Of a stretch of 40,379 nucleotides of DNA, positions 11,646-23,542 are shown in pieces. How positions within the stretch are numbered: the first letter of the stretch is position 1; every line of letters starts with the position of its first letter. Below the pieces are notes generated by a model that saw only the letters and a list, made by a program, of their open reading frames with translations, did not search any database and had not been told where the DNA came from. A program made the position numbers and the translations under genes. This DNA comes from Octopus bimaculoides (taxonomy: Eukaryota): positions 27,841,043 to 27,881,421 of the forward strand of contig NC_068994.1 of the NCBI RefSeq assembly GCF_001194135.2. The letters run 5' to 3'.

Positions 11646-12702
11646 TGCTTCAGATACACTCGTTTATTCATACAAACGTAACTGAGATGAAATATGTCAT
11701 AAATAACAGTGACAAACAAAATATACACCGCCGGAAGTTGTTGTTGACAAACAACAGCAGTAATTTTATTTAGTCATTGATTGGTTGAAATTACCGAAAT
11801 ACGACAACTTTAACACGAAATAACTCCGAAAGTACAAACTTTTCTCAACAACACTAAGAGTAAAAAATGTTTTATATGGCACATTCTACCAGTGTCCGAA
11901 GTTTGAAAGTGTTTAGTTACAAAAAATTAGTTTCTCGATCTGTCGTTCAAAGGGTAAAGATCCCTTGTTCGGGTTTATTAATATTTCAAATATTTACGAT
12001 TACGTGAATTTCATTCTATTTTAAATAAGATGCTTTAAAAAGATGCTAATAATCTTCATTGTTTTGGTCGGAGAATGTTGATTAATTTAATGATTGCCAG
12101 AAGTTGGCATCCAAACAATTCAAGTTCAGTTTTCATGAAAGAAATGTGCAAAATAACGAAATTTTGATGTTCCTTTTCTCTTCTTTCTGGATAAGCGTAC
12201 ATTCATTCAAATTACTGTACTAATTTACATAATTACACTAAATGAATTATTTTTTTCGAATCAGTAATAGATATTCTTCATTATTATCAAAGTGACGTTT
12301 TTTAAAATAAAATATATAAAAACTCTTTAGAAAAAGAATCAGACTACTCAACATATGAAATTATCTTGATAAAGATGCGTCGTAGGGCAAAATTTCAGCT
12401 ACATAAACGGTCTACAACTTGGAACATATCTGGAGACATACCTATAGCCTATTCTATATAAGGTAAATATAATTGTAAGCGTATTTGTGTATGTGCGTCT
12501 GTAAGTTTATGTGTGTATTGAAAGTTTATATTGACATTTCAATCATATTCATCTGCATTGTTGGCAGGATTAGAGATTTAGATTTACTTGTGATTCACTT
12601 CTTATGAACTATTCCCATCTTCCCCTTTAATTATAGCTAAGTCTTGTGGCGGGTGGGGGGTAAAGACATGTCATTCTTTCTTCTTAATGCAGTTGTATAC
12701 AA

Positions 12703-13035
12703 GTGACACTCTGTCGGTTACGACGACGAGTATTCCAGTTGATCCGATCAACGGAACATCTGGCTCGTGAAATCAACGTGCAAGTGACTGAGCACTCCAC
12801 AGACACGCGTAACCTTAATGTAGTTCACAGGGAGATTCAGCATAACACAAACTGTAACAAGGATGGACCTTTGAAATACAGGTACTAATCAGTTTTGCCA
12901 GATGAGTGGACTGGAGCAACGTGAAATAAATTATCTTATTGTCTTACTCAAAGCTACAACGCGCCGCACAGTATCGAACTCACGACTTTAGGATCGTGAA
13001 CTGAATACCCTAACCACTAAGCCACGCGCCTTCAC
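12703..13035 (-). repeat. tRNA-derived SINE with CORE-like domain (family C)
   Basis: A box TGGCTTAGTGG, B box GTTCGATAC, then TTGAGTAAGACA...TTTCACGTTGCTCCAGTCCACTC. Confidence 0.8.
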
Positions 13036-13149
13036 TAATGTAGTTGTATGAAGAAGACAATACATGTGAGAGATTAACAATCTTAAACCAAGGTTTAAAA
13101 TGGATGAATTATGAATAAAATATCACAAAAAGCAACGACCATGTCTTAC

Positions 13150-13396
13150 CTGGATCCATGCGTTTTATAGATCCTAGCCCAGTAAAAGGAAGACAGGCAA
13201 TAAGAGACGACCCAACCCAACAGAGTAGTAATGCAATGCGGGTATAATATTTCCTCGGTTGAATATAATAATAATAGGGATGGTTTATACAGAAATACCG
13301 TTCAAGAGCCATCGTGCAGATAATGAACTGTGTAGCGAATCCAGCCAAGATCATCATGAAAGCTAGGTAAGAGCACAACGCTGGTCCACACGGCAT
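13150..13396 (-). CDS. PTGER4: Prostanoid (EP4-like) GPCR, coding exon 2 (ECL1, TM3 with ERY, TM4, start of ECL2; 247 nt, phase 0 to phase 1)
   Basis: Acceptor TTAATTCTAG|ATG at 13397/13396 is in phase with exon 1. Translation MPCGPALCSYLAFMMILAGFATQFIICTMALERYFCINHPYYY...CWVGSSLIACLPFTGLG...DP resembles the EP-receptor pattern WPGG..LC.Y...MAVERY.AINH.YFY...LP..GLG. Strong donor CAG|GTAAGA at 13150/13149. Confidence 0.9.
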
Positions 13397-13972
13397 CTAG
13401 AATTAATATGAAAAAACAATTATTTTAAGCAAAGAACTACAAAGGTAGGGTAAAGTACATATGGGCGCCATTTTTATGGAAAACTATAGTAAAGTAGGTG
13501 TCACTCCAGTGAATCAGAAAATTGTTTAGGAATTAGAATTATTTTCGTAGTAACGAAAAAAGCCATTAGCTTAACGATAAATTTTGGTAAAAAACAAACA
13601 AACAAGAGAAGCAATTCTAATAAATAAATAAATTAAAATTAAATAAAAAATATTTAAGCAAACTTTTAAAGATTCTACAATACCGCTTCGCTTCTTTCTT
13701 TCCCAGAGCTATTATAATTGATTTTGGTAATCTTAAACTGAGTACCGTTTCCATCCATGGCCAACCGATGTAGTACTGTTATCGTTCTTCTCGTTTATAT
13801 TAAAATGCTATGATATACTACAGAATAAATATATAGATTAATTAAATATACTGGACAGTCATAAACGACGGTAATTTTTTTTTTCACAATTTCAGCGTGG
13901 TTAAGGATAAGCTAAATTTCAATTTTCATTGGCAATACTGTACTTCTGGTCATTATTATTTAGGGCTTCATA

Positions 13973-14150
13973 AGGTGGCGAGATGGCAAAATCGTTACCA
14001 CGCCAGACGAAATGCTACGTTCTGAGTTGAAATACCGCCGAGGTCGACTTTGCCTTTTATCCTTTCAGGATAACACTGGGATCGATGTAATGGACTAGTC
14101 CCCCTCTTCCAAAATTTCAAGCCTTGTGCCTCTAGTAGAAAGTATTATTT
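13973..14150 (+). repeat. Family B SINE in intron 1
   Basis: Reverse complement of the 21723-21938 copy, with internal deletions. Confidence 0.78.
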
Positions 14151-14398
14151 AGAGCTTCATTAAATCGGATACATGAATTTGCATAAATAGCGCATATTTT
14201 ACAGCACTATGTTTTAAAATTGGCACCAAACATCCCTCACTCCTTCCTCCACTTAACTGTAACCATCTGAAATAATTTCGTTGTTCATGTATTTATTATT
14301 GAAGTTTATGAAGGTGTCTCGCCTCGGGGCAGCTCTGAATGAGCTGACTTAATATAAAGAGCATTCCAGCCGTCACCAGCCATCTTTTCTCGAGCATA

Positions 14399-15667
14399 CG
14401 AGGATGGGTTGTAGAGTTCATAGGCTGTCTATGAATGAGTGGTGCTCGAGCTGTGAAATCATGCATGCATAAATTTCAGTTATTCTTAATAACTATATTG
14501 TTTCTTTCCAGGTAAACTGACATCTGAATGTTCTAAGCGGACTTCAAAAGTAACTAGTAGTGACTTGACAAGGACAAAATTTGGCATCGTAGTGTTATCA
14601 AGCACCTGCAGAAAAGGGTTTAACATCTAAGGAGATTTATGCTGACATGATTGCTACGTAAGGGGATGATGCTCCAGCTTTATCAACAGAGCGAAGGGGT
14701 GAATTTAGGATGAGAAAGGAGAGTCTTGAAGTCGACCCAATGACTGATGTCTTCCCACCATCAAGGAAAACATTGATCGTGTTTACACATGGTGATGGAT
14801 GGCAGGTGATTGACTATAAATTATATAGCTAATGCTATTAGCATAACTCGTGAGAAAACTGAGAATATTCTGCACAAGAAACTTGACATGACGAAAGTTT
14901 CTGCTTGGTAGGTGTCACGTCTTCTGACACCAGATCAAAAGCGCGCCAAGCAGATCCCATCTTGAGAAAATCTGACATTGTATGAGGCAGATCCAGCTGG
15001 TTTCCTTGAACGTTTCCTAACCCAAGATTAGTGTTGGGTTCATCACTTTGTTCCAGGGACAATCCATGCAGTGGAAACACCCCTTCTCACCAGCTCCAAA
15101 GAAGACTAAGGTCGTTTTACCTGCAGTGAAGTTGATAGCCTGTTTTTTTTGTCTTTTGGGGGGGGGGTGTAAAAGACATTGTGTTTATTGACTATCTTCA
15201 AAAGAGTCACATCATTAATGAAAAGAACTATGTCAACTTGCTGAGGCAGTTACGAGAGGCTATCAAGAACAAACGCCCAGGAAAACTGACGAAAGGGGTC
15301 TTGTTTCACCAGGACAATGCTCCAGGAGAGAAATCCTTGGTTTTTAACGATTGTTGTGCGTAACTGATTTTGAACTGGTTGATCAGCCTTCATATTCTCC
15401 TGATTTGGCCCTATCTGACTATCATCTGTTCCCCCAACAGGATAAAACACTTGATAGGGAACCAGTATCGCAGAGAAAAGGACGTCATATCTGTTGTTGA
15501 TGACTTATTTGATCAACAGGATGAAATCTTCTTCAGTGAAGGGATCGAAGCGCTGCAACACCGATGGAAGAAGTGTGTGAAAAATAAAATTTTGAAAAAT
15601 GAACCACATTCAGTCACATCCCAGGAGAGTATCATGGTCAGCCTATGAACTTTTCAGCCGACCCTCG
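14399..15667 (+). mobile_element. Full-length (about 1.27 kb) mariner relic in intron 1
   Basis: TIRs are TA-CGAGGATGGGTTGTAGAGTTCATAGGCTG (left) and the revcomp TA-CGAGGGTCGGCTGAAAAGTTCATAGGCTG (right). Transposase fragments HRSVIKHL, KGVLFHQDNAP, SYSPDLALSDYHLFP and GIEALQHRWKKCV are interrupted by stops. Confidence 0.93.
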
Positions 15668-15874
15668 TAGACTCTCTATAACTACATTACCCAATATGAC
15701 CTAGTCTTTTTGTAATTTGGTAGACTATTTTAGCAGTTTGAGGGACCGCATGGAGAGTTCCCTCTTATCGACTCGTCCTTACCAAACGCACATACATACA
15801 TACATACATGCATACATGCGTACGTACATACATACATGCATACATACATACATATTTTGTATGTATGTAAATGT

Positions 15875-15913
<39 letters not shown>

Positions 15914-16323
15914 AATAAAGGTGGCTTATTTGCAATTTACAACTAACGGTACTAGTTAACACCAACATTGCTAGAAATAAGAGACAAAACAACACATAGC
16001 CACGATAAAGTACTTATCTTATGACTGACAAGGGAAGTAAGCTCCCTACAGCACCCGGGGCATAGCAAGATCATCAGTGATTTCGCATTTGATTAATGAT
16101 CGACAGTATATATATATATATATATATATATNNNNNNNNNNNNNNNNNNNNNNNNNNNNNNNNNNNNNNNNNNNNNNNNNNNNNNNNNNNNNNNNNNNNN
16201 NNNNNNNNNNNNNNNNNNNNNNNNNNNNNNNNNNNNNNNNNNNNNNNNNNNNNNNNNNNNNNNNNNNNNNNNNNNNNNNNNNNNNNNNNNNNNNNNNNNN
16301 NNNNNNNNNNNNNNNNNNNNNNN

Positions 16324-16422
16324 GAAGAAGAAGAAGAAGAAGAAGAAGAAGAAGAAGAAGAAGAAAAAGAAGAAGAAGAAGAAAAAGAAGAAGAAGAAGA
16401 AGAAGAAGAAGAAGAGGAGGAG
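16324..16422. repeat. (GAA)n microsatellite at a gap edge
   Basis: Direct inspection. Confidence 0.95.
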
Positions 16423-16489
16423 AAGACAATAATACAAGCATTCATGTACCTATATACATAGACATGTGTGTTGTGTATGTGTGTGTATT

Positions 16490-16525
<36 letters not shown>

Positions 16526-16685
16526 TATATACACGTTGGAAGGTGTTTATAAACCATTTAAAAACACATGAAAACCATTAGATTCACTTCAACATTTAAA
16601 TTTAATTTGTCAAAATATTTTCGTCGCTTTGAAACCGCGACCTGTTCGCTGACAAAATCCCGTGCTGCATCATATAACACTTGTA

Positions 16686-16894
16686 CTCTTTTTTACTTGT
16701 TTCAGTCATTTGACTGCGGTCATGCTGGAGCACCGCCTTTAGTCAAGCAAATCGACCCCAGGACTTATTCTTTGTAAGTCTAGTACTTATTCTATCGGTC
16801 TCTTTTGCCGAACCGATAGGTTACGGAGACGTAAACACACCAGCATCGGTTGTCAAGCGATGTTAGTGGGATAAACACAGACGCACAAACGTTT

Positions 16895-16927
<33 letters not shown>

Positions 16928-16983
16928 CATATATACGACGGGCTTCTTTCAGTTTCCGTCTACCAAATCCACTCAAAAGGCTT
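16686..16983 (-). repeat. Abundant SINE with internal microsatellite (family A), 3' half, head lost in gap
   Basis: Homologous segments recur at 1457-1510, 2000-2052, 23205-23500, 32353-32560, 36362-36510 and 39663-40075 (e.g. TCAGTTTCCGTCTACCAAATCCACTC and GACTGCGGCCATGCTGGAGCACC). Confidence 0.85.
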
Positions 16984-17865
16984 NNNNNNNNNNNNNNNNN
17001 NNNNNNNNNNNNNNNNNNNNNNNNNNNNNNNNNNNNNNNNNNNNNNNNNNNNNNNNNNNNNNNNNNNNNNNNNNNNNNNNNNNNNNNNNNNNNNNNNNNN
17101 NNNNNNNNNNNNNNNNNNNNNNNNNNNNNNNNNNNNNNNNNNNNNNNNNNNNNNNNNNNNNNNNNNNNNNNNNNNNNNNNNNNNNNNNNNNNNNNNNNNN
17201 NNNNNNNNNNNNNNNNNNNNNNNNNNNNNNNNNNNNNNNNNNNNNNNNNNNNNNNNNNNNNNNNNNNNNNNNNNNNNNNNNNNNNNNNNNNNNNNNNNNN
17301 NNNNNNNNNNNNNNNNNNNNNNNNNNNNNNNNNNNNNNNNNNNNNNNNNNNNNNNNNNNNNNNNNNNNNNNNNNNNNNNNNNNNNNNNNNNNNNNNNNNN
17401 NNNNNNNNNNNNNNNNNNNNNNNNNNNNNNNNNNNNNNNNNNNNNNNNNNNNNNNNNNNNNNNNNNNNNNNNNNNNNNNNNNNNNNNNNNNNNNNNNNNN
17501 NNNNNNNNNNNNNNNNNNNNNNNNNNNNNNNNNNNNNNNNNNNNNNNNNNNNNNNNNNNNNNNNNNNNNNNNNNNNNNNNNNNNNNNNNNNNNNNNNNNN
17601 NNNNNNNNNNNNNNNNNNNNNNNNNNNNNNNNNNNNNNNNNNNNNNNNNNNNNNNNNNNNNNNNNNNNNNNNNNNNNNNNNNNNNNNNNNNNNNNNNNNN
17701 NNNNNNNNNNNNNNNNNNNNNNNNNNNNNNNNNNNNNNNNNNNNNNNNNNNNNNNNNNNNNNNATATATATATATATATATACGTGTGTATGGGGGTGAG
17801 GTAAATGGAATTTTTTCATATAACGAACTTAGATGTAGGACAAGAAAGGTATAAAACTTGCTTAC

Positions 17866-18171
17866 CTTGAAGTCATTGTTATAGGTTGCTATAACGACAG
17901 GAGAGGTGGCCACAGTTCCGAGCAGATCAGTGACAACGAGGCTGGCGGCTAATTTGTAAAAAATTGTCTGCCTGTGTTCCTTCTTTGAACTGGCGAGAGA
18001 AACCAAAGCTAGAATATTGCCAAAGACGCCAGTCCCAAACATTATGCTAGAAACCATCACTGTGTGGTTTTTCCCTTTTATGGGCTCTTCAGGAGACGTA
18101 TTGGACATAACTGAACCAATGCTTGTATATGTTATATGAGTCGTTAAACTGTTATCATTGCCAACATTCAT
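17866..18171 (-). CDS. PTGER4: Prostanoid (prostaglandin E2 EP4-like) GPCR, coding exon 1 (N-terminus, TM1, TM2; 102 codons, phase 0)
   Basis: Translation MNVGNDN...FGTGVFGNILALVSL...FYKLAASLVVTDLLGTVATSPVVIATYNNDFK matches the prostanoid receptor TM1 (G-x-x-G-N-x-x-A) and TM2 (FY..L...TDLLGT...SP..IATY) signatures. N-glycosylation sequons NTS and NHT are present. The exon ends at the donor AAG|GTAAGC (17866/17865). The EP4 subtype is a similarity call, not proven orthology. Confidence 0.9.
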
Positions 18172-20146
18172 ATTTAATTTAGACTTACTGTGAGTTCTCT
18201 TTCTCCACAGTTTTTATCAATTCATTAATTTTTTTTTATTAACTCACTGAATCTTTTTTTGTTAATTTATTATATTTCATTTTCTTTTCACGTCTTTCGT
18301 TTCGAGTTTTCTTTTTTAAGCTTAATTTTCAAGCTTTTATTAAATTAAAATCAAGTACTAGTCAAGTACTAGAGTCGATAATATTGGCTATTCCGCTCCC
18401 CTCAAAATTGTTGTTCTTTTACCTGAATCAGAAACCATTATTATTATCATTATTATTATTATTGCGGACTATATTGTTGTTGTTGATGACGATGATGACG
18501 TTGGCGACGATATTTGAATGCCGTGTAAACTATGATGCTGGTGTATTATAGTCGTAGTTATTGTTGTGGTTGCTGTTGCAATTGTTGTTCTTTGTACTGT
18601 TTTTGTTAATCATATTATTGTTATTGGAATTGNNNNNNNNNNNNNNNNNNNNNNNNNNNNNNNNNNNNNNNNNNNNNNNNNNNNNNNNNNNNNNNNNNNN
18701 NNNNNNNNNNNNNNNNNNNNNNNNNNNNNNNNNNNNNNNNNNNNNNNNNNNNNNNNNNNNNNNNNNNNNNNNNNNNNNNNNNNNNNNNNNNNNNNNNNNN
18801 NNNNNNNNNNNNNNNNNNNNNNNNNNNNNNNNNNNNNNNNNNNNNNNNNNNNNNNNNNNNNNNNNNNNNNNNNNNNNNNNNNNNNNNNNNNNNNNNNNNN
18901 NNNNNNNNNNNNNNNNNNNNNNNNNNNNNNNNNNNNNNNNNNNNNNNNNNNNNNNNNNNNNNNNNNNNNNNNNNNNNNNNNNNNNNNNNNNNNNNNATAT
19001 ATGCGTCTGTTTGTGTCTTTTATATGCGTATTTATATCTGCATATCTACCGTGCTTTTCTGCAATCTTATCTTTTTATTTATCTATCAGTTTTCTTCTTA
19101 TCTTCCCTTCCCATTGTTTACTAATCACAAAAGAATATTGAATAGTGCATTGTATATCCAAACTGTATTATATTGCTGGGTTGATGTAAAGAAGCAGCCA
19201 GTTGGTTGTTGAACGCTGGGAGATGTCTTCTCAGCTGGAAAACAAAAAGAAACGAGAATTTATAAACATATTCATAAAATAAACAAATATCAGAGAAACG
19301 CAAATAAGACATTGACTGTATAAAATTGTTTTACCCGGAGATATTAAAGACAAAGTCGATACTAATGGGATATCATGTAGGAAGTTAAAGTAACGTACCT
19401 AAATATCATCCCAAGGCATGTTTTCAGACGTGATTATGTCAAGGTATGAAGGTATAATTCTGTAGTCTATTAACATTTTTGAAATATGTCTCACTTAACC
19501 CACTCAACATTATCCTAGTTTACTGAATTTCCTTATCAAATGTGTTACACATTGGGAGCCTCCTTAGAAGAGCTCGATTAATTCAGTTAGCACGAGGAGA
19601 GAAGAATCTGATGTTTCCGACAATTTCCCTTCGTCAGGGAGAGAGGAAGACTAGAAGTAAGTGGTTTGTTCTGGTTTTAGCTGTTGGTTAGTAAATAATA
19701 CGGAAATTATAATGAAGGTGTGTAGTGGTAATGGAAAGCAGAAAGAGAGAAGGTGGGGCAGGGTTCAGCAAGAAAAAAGAATCTAGGGAGACAAAAGAAT
19801 GTTATATTCTTGCCTCACAGAGTGGAGCTTATGCAGATAGAATTTTATATACTATGTGTTCTTAAGGGAAGTTTCTTTGCCGTAATGATCTGTGCTTCAG
19901 TCTCAAACTAAGTTTGATACCCTTATCCATGACAGCCATAATGCATCTCTAACTGTACATTCCTCCTATTCTCAAAAAAAAAAAAAAAAAAAANNNNNNN
20001 NNNACGCGCTGCATTCTTCACTCTTGATTGCTCTAGCTTTGCTAATATTTTCCATCAGCAACCCTGCTCTATACACCACGCTCTAAGCTACACAAACTTT
20101 CCTACTAATTTAGATGGCCTCAAGTATTGTTAAAAATTAATATAAT

Positions 20147-20295
20147 GGCAGATGAGGCCACGTGACTATGAAATTTGCTTCATTACTATGTGGTTTCGAG
20201 TTCAATCACTCTGCACAGTACCATGGTCAAGCGACGTCTACCACACTTTCAGGTTGATGAGTTTGGACGAGAGAAGCTGCATGGAATCCCATCAC
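20147..20295 (+). repeat. Degenerate family A SINE head
   Basis: TGTGGTTTCGAGTTCAATCACTCTGCACAGTACCATGGTCAAG resembles the family A head and core. Confidence 0.5.
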
Positions 20296-20721
20296 TGGGA
20301 TCTTTCTTTTTTGTGTATGATAGACATAATCCGCTGCCCTCGTACTCTTAACTCCCTTCCCCGCCAGCAAATGAAGGCCTTGAATGATTGATAGGAGTCG
20401 CATTCTTCTCTTATTAAACAATTTAAAAATCCCTTCTTTTACTACAGAATATATCGATCCTTTTACTATCTATTTTCGGATATATACAACCAAATATGCA
20501 ATAGCATTTCAGCCTTAACCCTGCCTGAAATAACAAACACTTTACTCCACTCTAGGCTTCTTCCAACAAAACTCAAAATAAATGTCACTTACTAGTGGCC
20601 AATGAACATACATACGACTTAGCGGGCCATTAATGAAACAAAAAATACGAAACCAAACCAAAATACTGCACGGAACCAAGAGCCTACAGGGCTGTGTCCG
20701 GTAATGTAGTGAAGACTACTG

Positions 20722-20877
<156 letters not shown>

Positions 20878-21722
20878 TAATAAGCCAGACATGCAAATAC
20901 TTAGGAATCAATGAACTAGATACGATACAACACACACAAAGGAAAGTGAAGATAAGAAAGGAATTCTATAGACGAGTTAGATTAATACTGAAAACAGAGC
21001 GAAATGCGAAAAACAAGATAAAGGTATCAACACTTTAGCCGTTCCAATTATAAGTTACAGCTACAATATTTTTAACCGGACTCTAAATGAACTAATCAAA
21101 ATAGACAGGAAAACAAGAAAAATAATGACAGGATTGAGAATGCACCACCCAAAATCTGATATAGAAAGGCTATATATACAACGTATCGAAGGTGGTAGAA
21201 AACTATTAAGAAATAACCACTACAGGACTACAGAAAAACTTACTTCAGACGCAAGGAAAACTAATACAAATAGTCACAAAATACGAACAAAACAAAAAAC
21301 TGTTTTCTGTCATTAAGGAAACTGGCAAATACAAAAAAGAAGTCATAATACCGAACAAATATGAAGAAAAAGAAGAAACAACAAAAGCTTTAAAACAACG
21401 GAAATCCTAACTAAAACTGGATAAGTCACCTTTGGAAACATGAGTGTTTTGTTTAGCATCCTCAAACAACCCTTATTCAGGGACCCTTTGAATGGGATGG
21501 GCTACTCGACCTGAAGAAAATTCTAACTGGGCCCCACCTGCAAGATCATGCGCTGTTTATCTTGATATGAGATCACCATGTGGCGCACATATGGTTGTGA
21601 TGCATGTACCTGGTGTACCCTTATCAGACAGGTAGTCATGATGGGTATACTGGGCTTAGTATATTTTACCTCAGTGTCACTGCTCTCTCACTCACTCAAT
21701 AATAATGATAATAATAATAATA
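20878..21722 (+). mobile_element. R4/Dong-like RLE LINE fragment bounded by (AAT)n tracts
   Basis: KYLG...KIRKEFYRRVRLILKTE..AKNKI..INTLAVPIISYS...DRKTRKIMTGLRMHHPKSDIERLYIQRIEGGR is a post-RT region typical of this clade. The 21424-21700 stretch ending in AAT repeats is inferred to be the 3' UTR. Confidence 0.75.
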
Positions 21723-21938
21723 ATCCTTTCTACTAAAGGCACAAGGCCTGAAATCTGGAGTAGGGGACTAGTCGATTAGATCGACCCCAGTGTTTCACTG
21801 GTGCTTCATTTATCAACCCCGAAAGGATGAAAGGCAAAGTTGGCCTCAGTGGAATTTGAACTCAGAACGTAAGGACAGACGAAATACCACTAAGAATTAC
21901 GCCCGGTGTGCTAACGTTTTTACCAGCTCGCCGCCTTA
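21723..21938 (-). repeat. tRNA-derived SINE family B with (ATT)n tail
   Basis: Head AAGGCGGCGAGCTGG..., B box GAGTTCAAATTCC, body CTTTGCCTTTCATCCTTTCGGGG...GCCTTGTGCCTTTAGTAGAAAGGATTATT. Homologues at 8532-8600 (-), 13973-14150 (+) and 29650-29795 (-). Confidence 0.82.
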
Positions 21939-22699
21939 AGCGGTTGGAATATCGAACGATTATAGATATTATAGACCTTCGAGATTAACGTTTAGAAACA
22001 GTTAAATGCAAAAGAAAAAAAGAAAAAAACAGGAAAACAAAGGTAAAATTTTGCAATTATTTAGCTGTCGCAGTAATTATTTATAGTTATAATATTCTCA
22101 AATGGGTGCTAATTGAATAGTAATTTCATTTAGAACATTACACTCATATAACTACTGAGAGAAAAGGGATGTATAGAGCAAGAAAATTAGCATAAAATAT
22201 CTACTTCAGAACTACAGAAGTATCTAGAGAAAGATGTAAAGGAAACTAATGCAAACAACCGAAACCAAAATAATAAAACAAGACGAAAACTGTATCTGTC
22301 TTTAAGAAAGAGAACAAATATAAAACAGAGACTTGGGTATGATACAACTCCAAGGAGAGAGGGTAAACGAGAAGAGACCCTATTTAGAAATTGAAACTAA
22401 ATTGAAACTAGGATTATAAAGCTTGAACTGGATAATGCTGGATAAAACTGGATAAAGTGGGAATAGCACTGGCTGAAAGTCTCAGGAATCAAAGCTGAAA
22501 TTGAAATATTTTTGACGACGACACTAAACCAGAGTGCTCCCACTAGAAAAATACCAAAAATATATATTGAAACGGAGTAGCGATAATACCTTTAGAATAT
22601 GTTACTGCTTTATAGAAACCGTTAATATTATTGTTTCTGCTCGCTACCTTTGTCCAAAATGGATTGAATGAACCGTCATGGCAGAGTTTGGAGGTCTTA

Positions 22700-23100
22700 T
22701 ACGAGGCTAGTATCATGGATTATACTCAGAAAGGAGATGGTATAAAGCCACACCACAAAGTGGCTATACAATTTACACTGAGGGAGATGGTAAGGCAAAA
22801 TATCGTCCAGACAATCTTTTATAAATCACTAAATAAAATGTATCGTCCAATAAAAACATAAATAGATTGTACGACAAGCAATATATTGGTGAACTAATTA
22901 GAGAAATAATCTCATTATAAAGATCTGGAATAGTGAAAGACAGAAAATTAGGATTGAAAACATACAATTCCCATAACATCTGAATATCTTGGGAATAATT
23001 AAAGGGATAAGCAAAACCCGAGGCTTTAACATAGCGTTGGGAAACGGAAGTACTTGGTGCTGTACAGATATGCAAAAAACTTTTAATATAATGGGAAAAC
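22700..23100 (+). mobile_element. Possible highly decayed RLE LINE remnant
   Basis: TIYTEGDGKAKYRPDNLL resembles the I.TD...RPD.V endonuclease motif, in A-rich sequence. Weak. Confidence 0.3.
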
Positions 23101-23204
23101 AAAACAACACATGAATGCTATGCGCATCCAGGGTACATGGATCCACACTTGGTTATGCAATGAAAGATTAATAGTCCTAAAGGAACTAAATAAACATCTT
23201 TTTA

Positions 23205-23389
23205 TCTTTTATTTTTGAACTGCAGCTATGTTGGATCACCGCCTTTGAGGGTTTCAGGCAAATAAATTGAATCCAGTACTTATTTTTTAAGCCTGATACT
23301 TATTCTATCGATCTCTAATGCCAAACCGCTAGGCTACAGGGACGTAAACAAACAAGACCGATTGTTAAATGGGGAGGAGAAACACAAAG

Positions 23390-23441
<52 letters not shown>

Positions 23442-23500
23442 ACATGACGGGCATCATTCAGTTTCCATCAATTCACAGAGTTCTGGTAGGCCTGAGACTA
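23205..23500 (-). repeat. Family A SINE, partial
   Basis: Same body segments, with an internal (CA)n at 23393-23443. Confidence 0.75.
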
Positions 23501-23542
23501 TCATTCTTTTAAATTAATAATGAACTTTATTATTTAGAAATA

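Larger units (their letters stand above)
13397..17865 (-). other. Intron 1 of the prostanoid receptor gene (4469 bp, GT-AG), containing a mariner relic and SINEs
   Basis: GT at 17865-17864 and AG at 13398-13397 on the minus strand. Joining the exons gives a continuous ECL1 (…TYNNDFK/MPCGPALC…). Confidence 0.85.

Noticed and set aside
13109-13149. GKTWSLLF as genuine ECL2 coding sequence (resembles PGTWCF)
   Set aside because: It starts at a near-consensus CAG|GTAAGA donor, lacks the conserved Cys and hits a stop within 14 codons. I treat it as intron, though RNA-seq would be decisive.
16046-16571. Poly-R/E/L/S/F ORFs, and all other long ORFs spanning N-runs
   Set aside because: These are artefacts of (GAA)n, (CA)n, (TA)n and assembly gaps.
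16960-17865. Extension of the exon-1 ORF to 403 aa in the ORF track
   Set aside because: This is read-through past the GTAAG donor into intron sequence and N-gaps.
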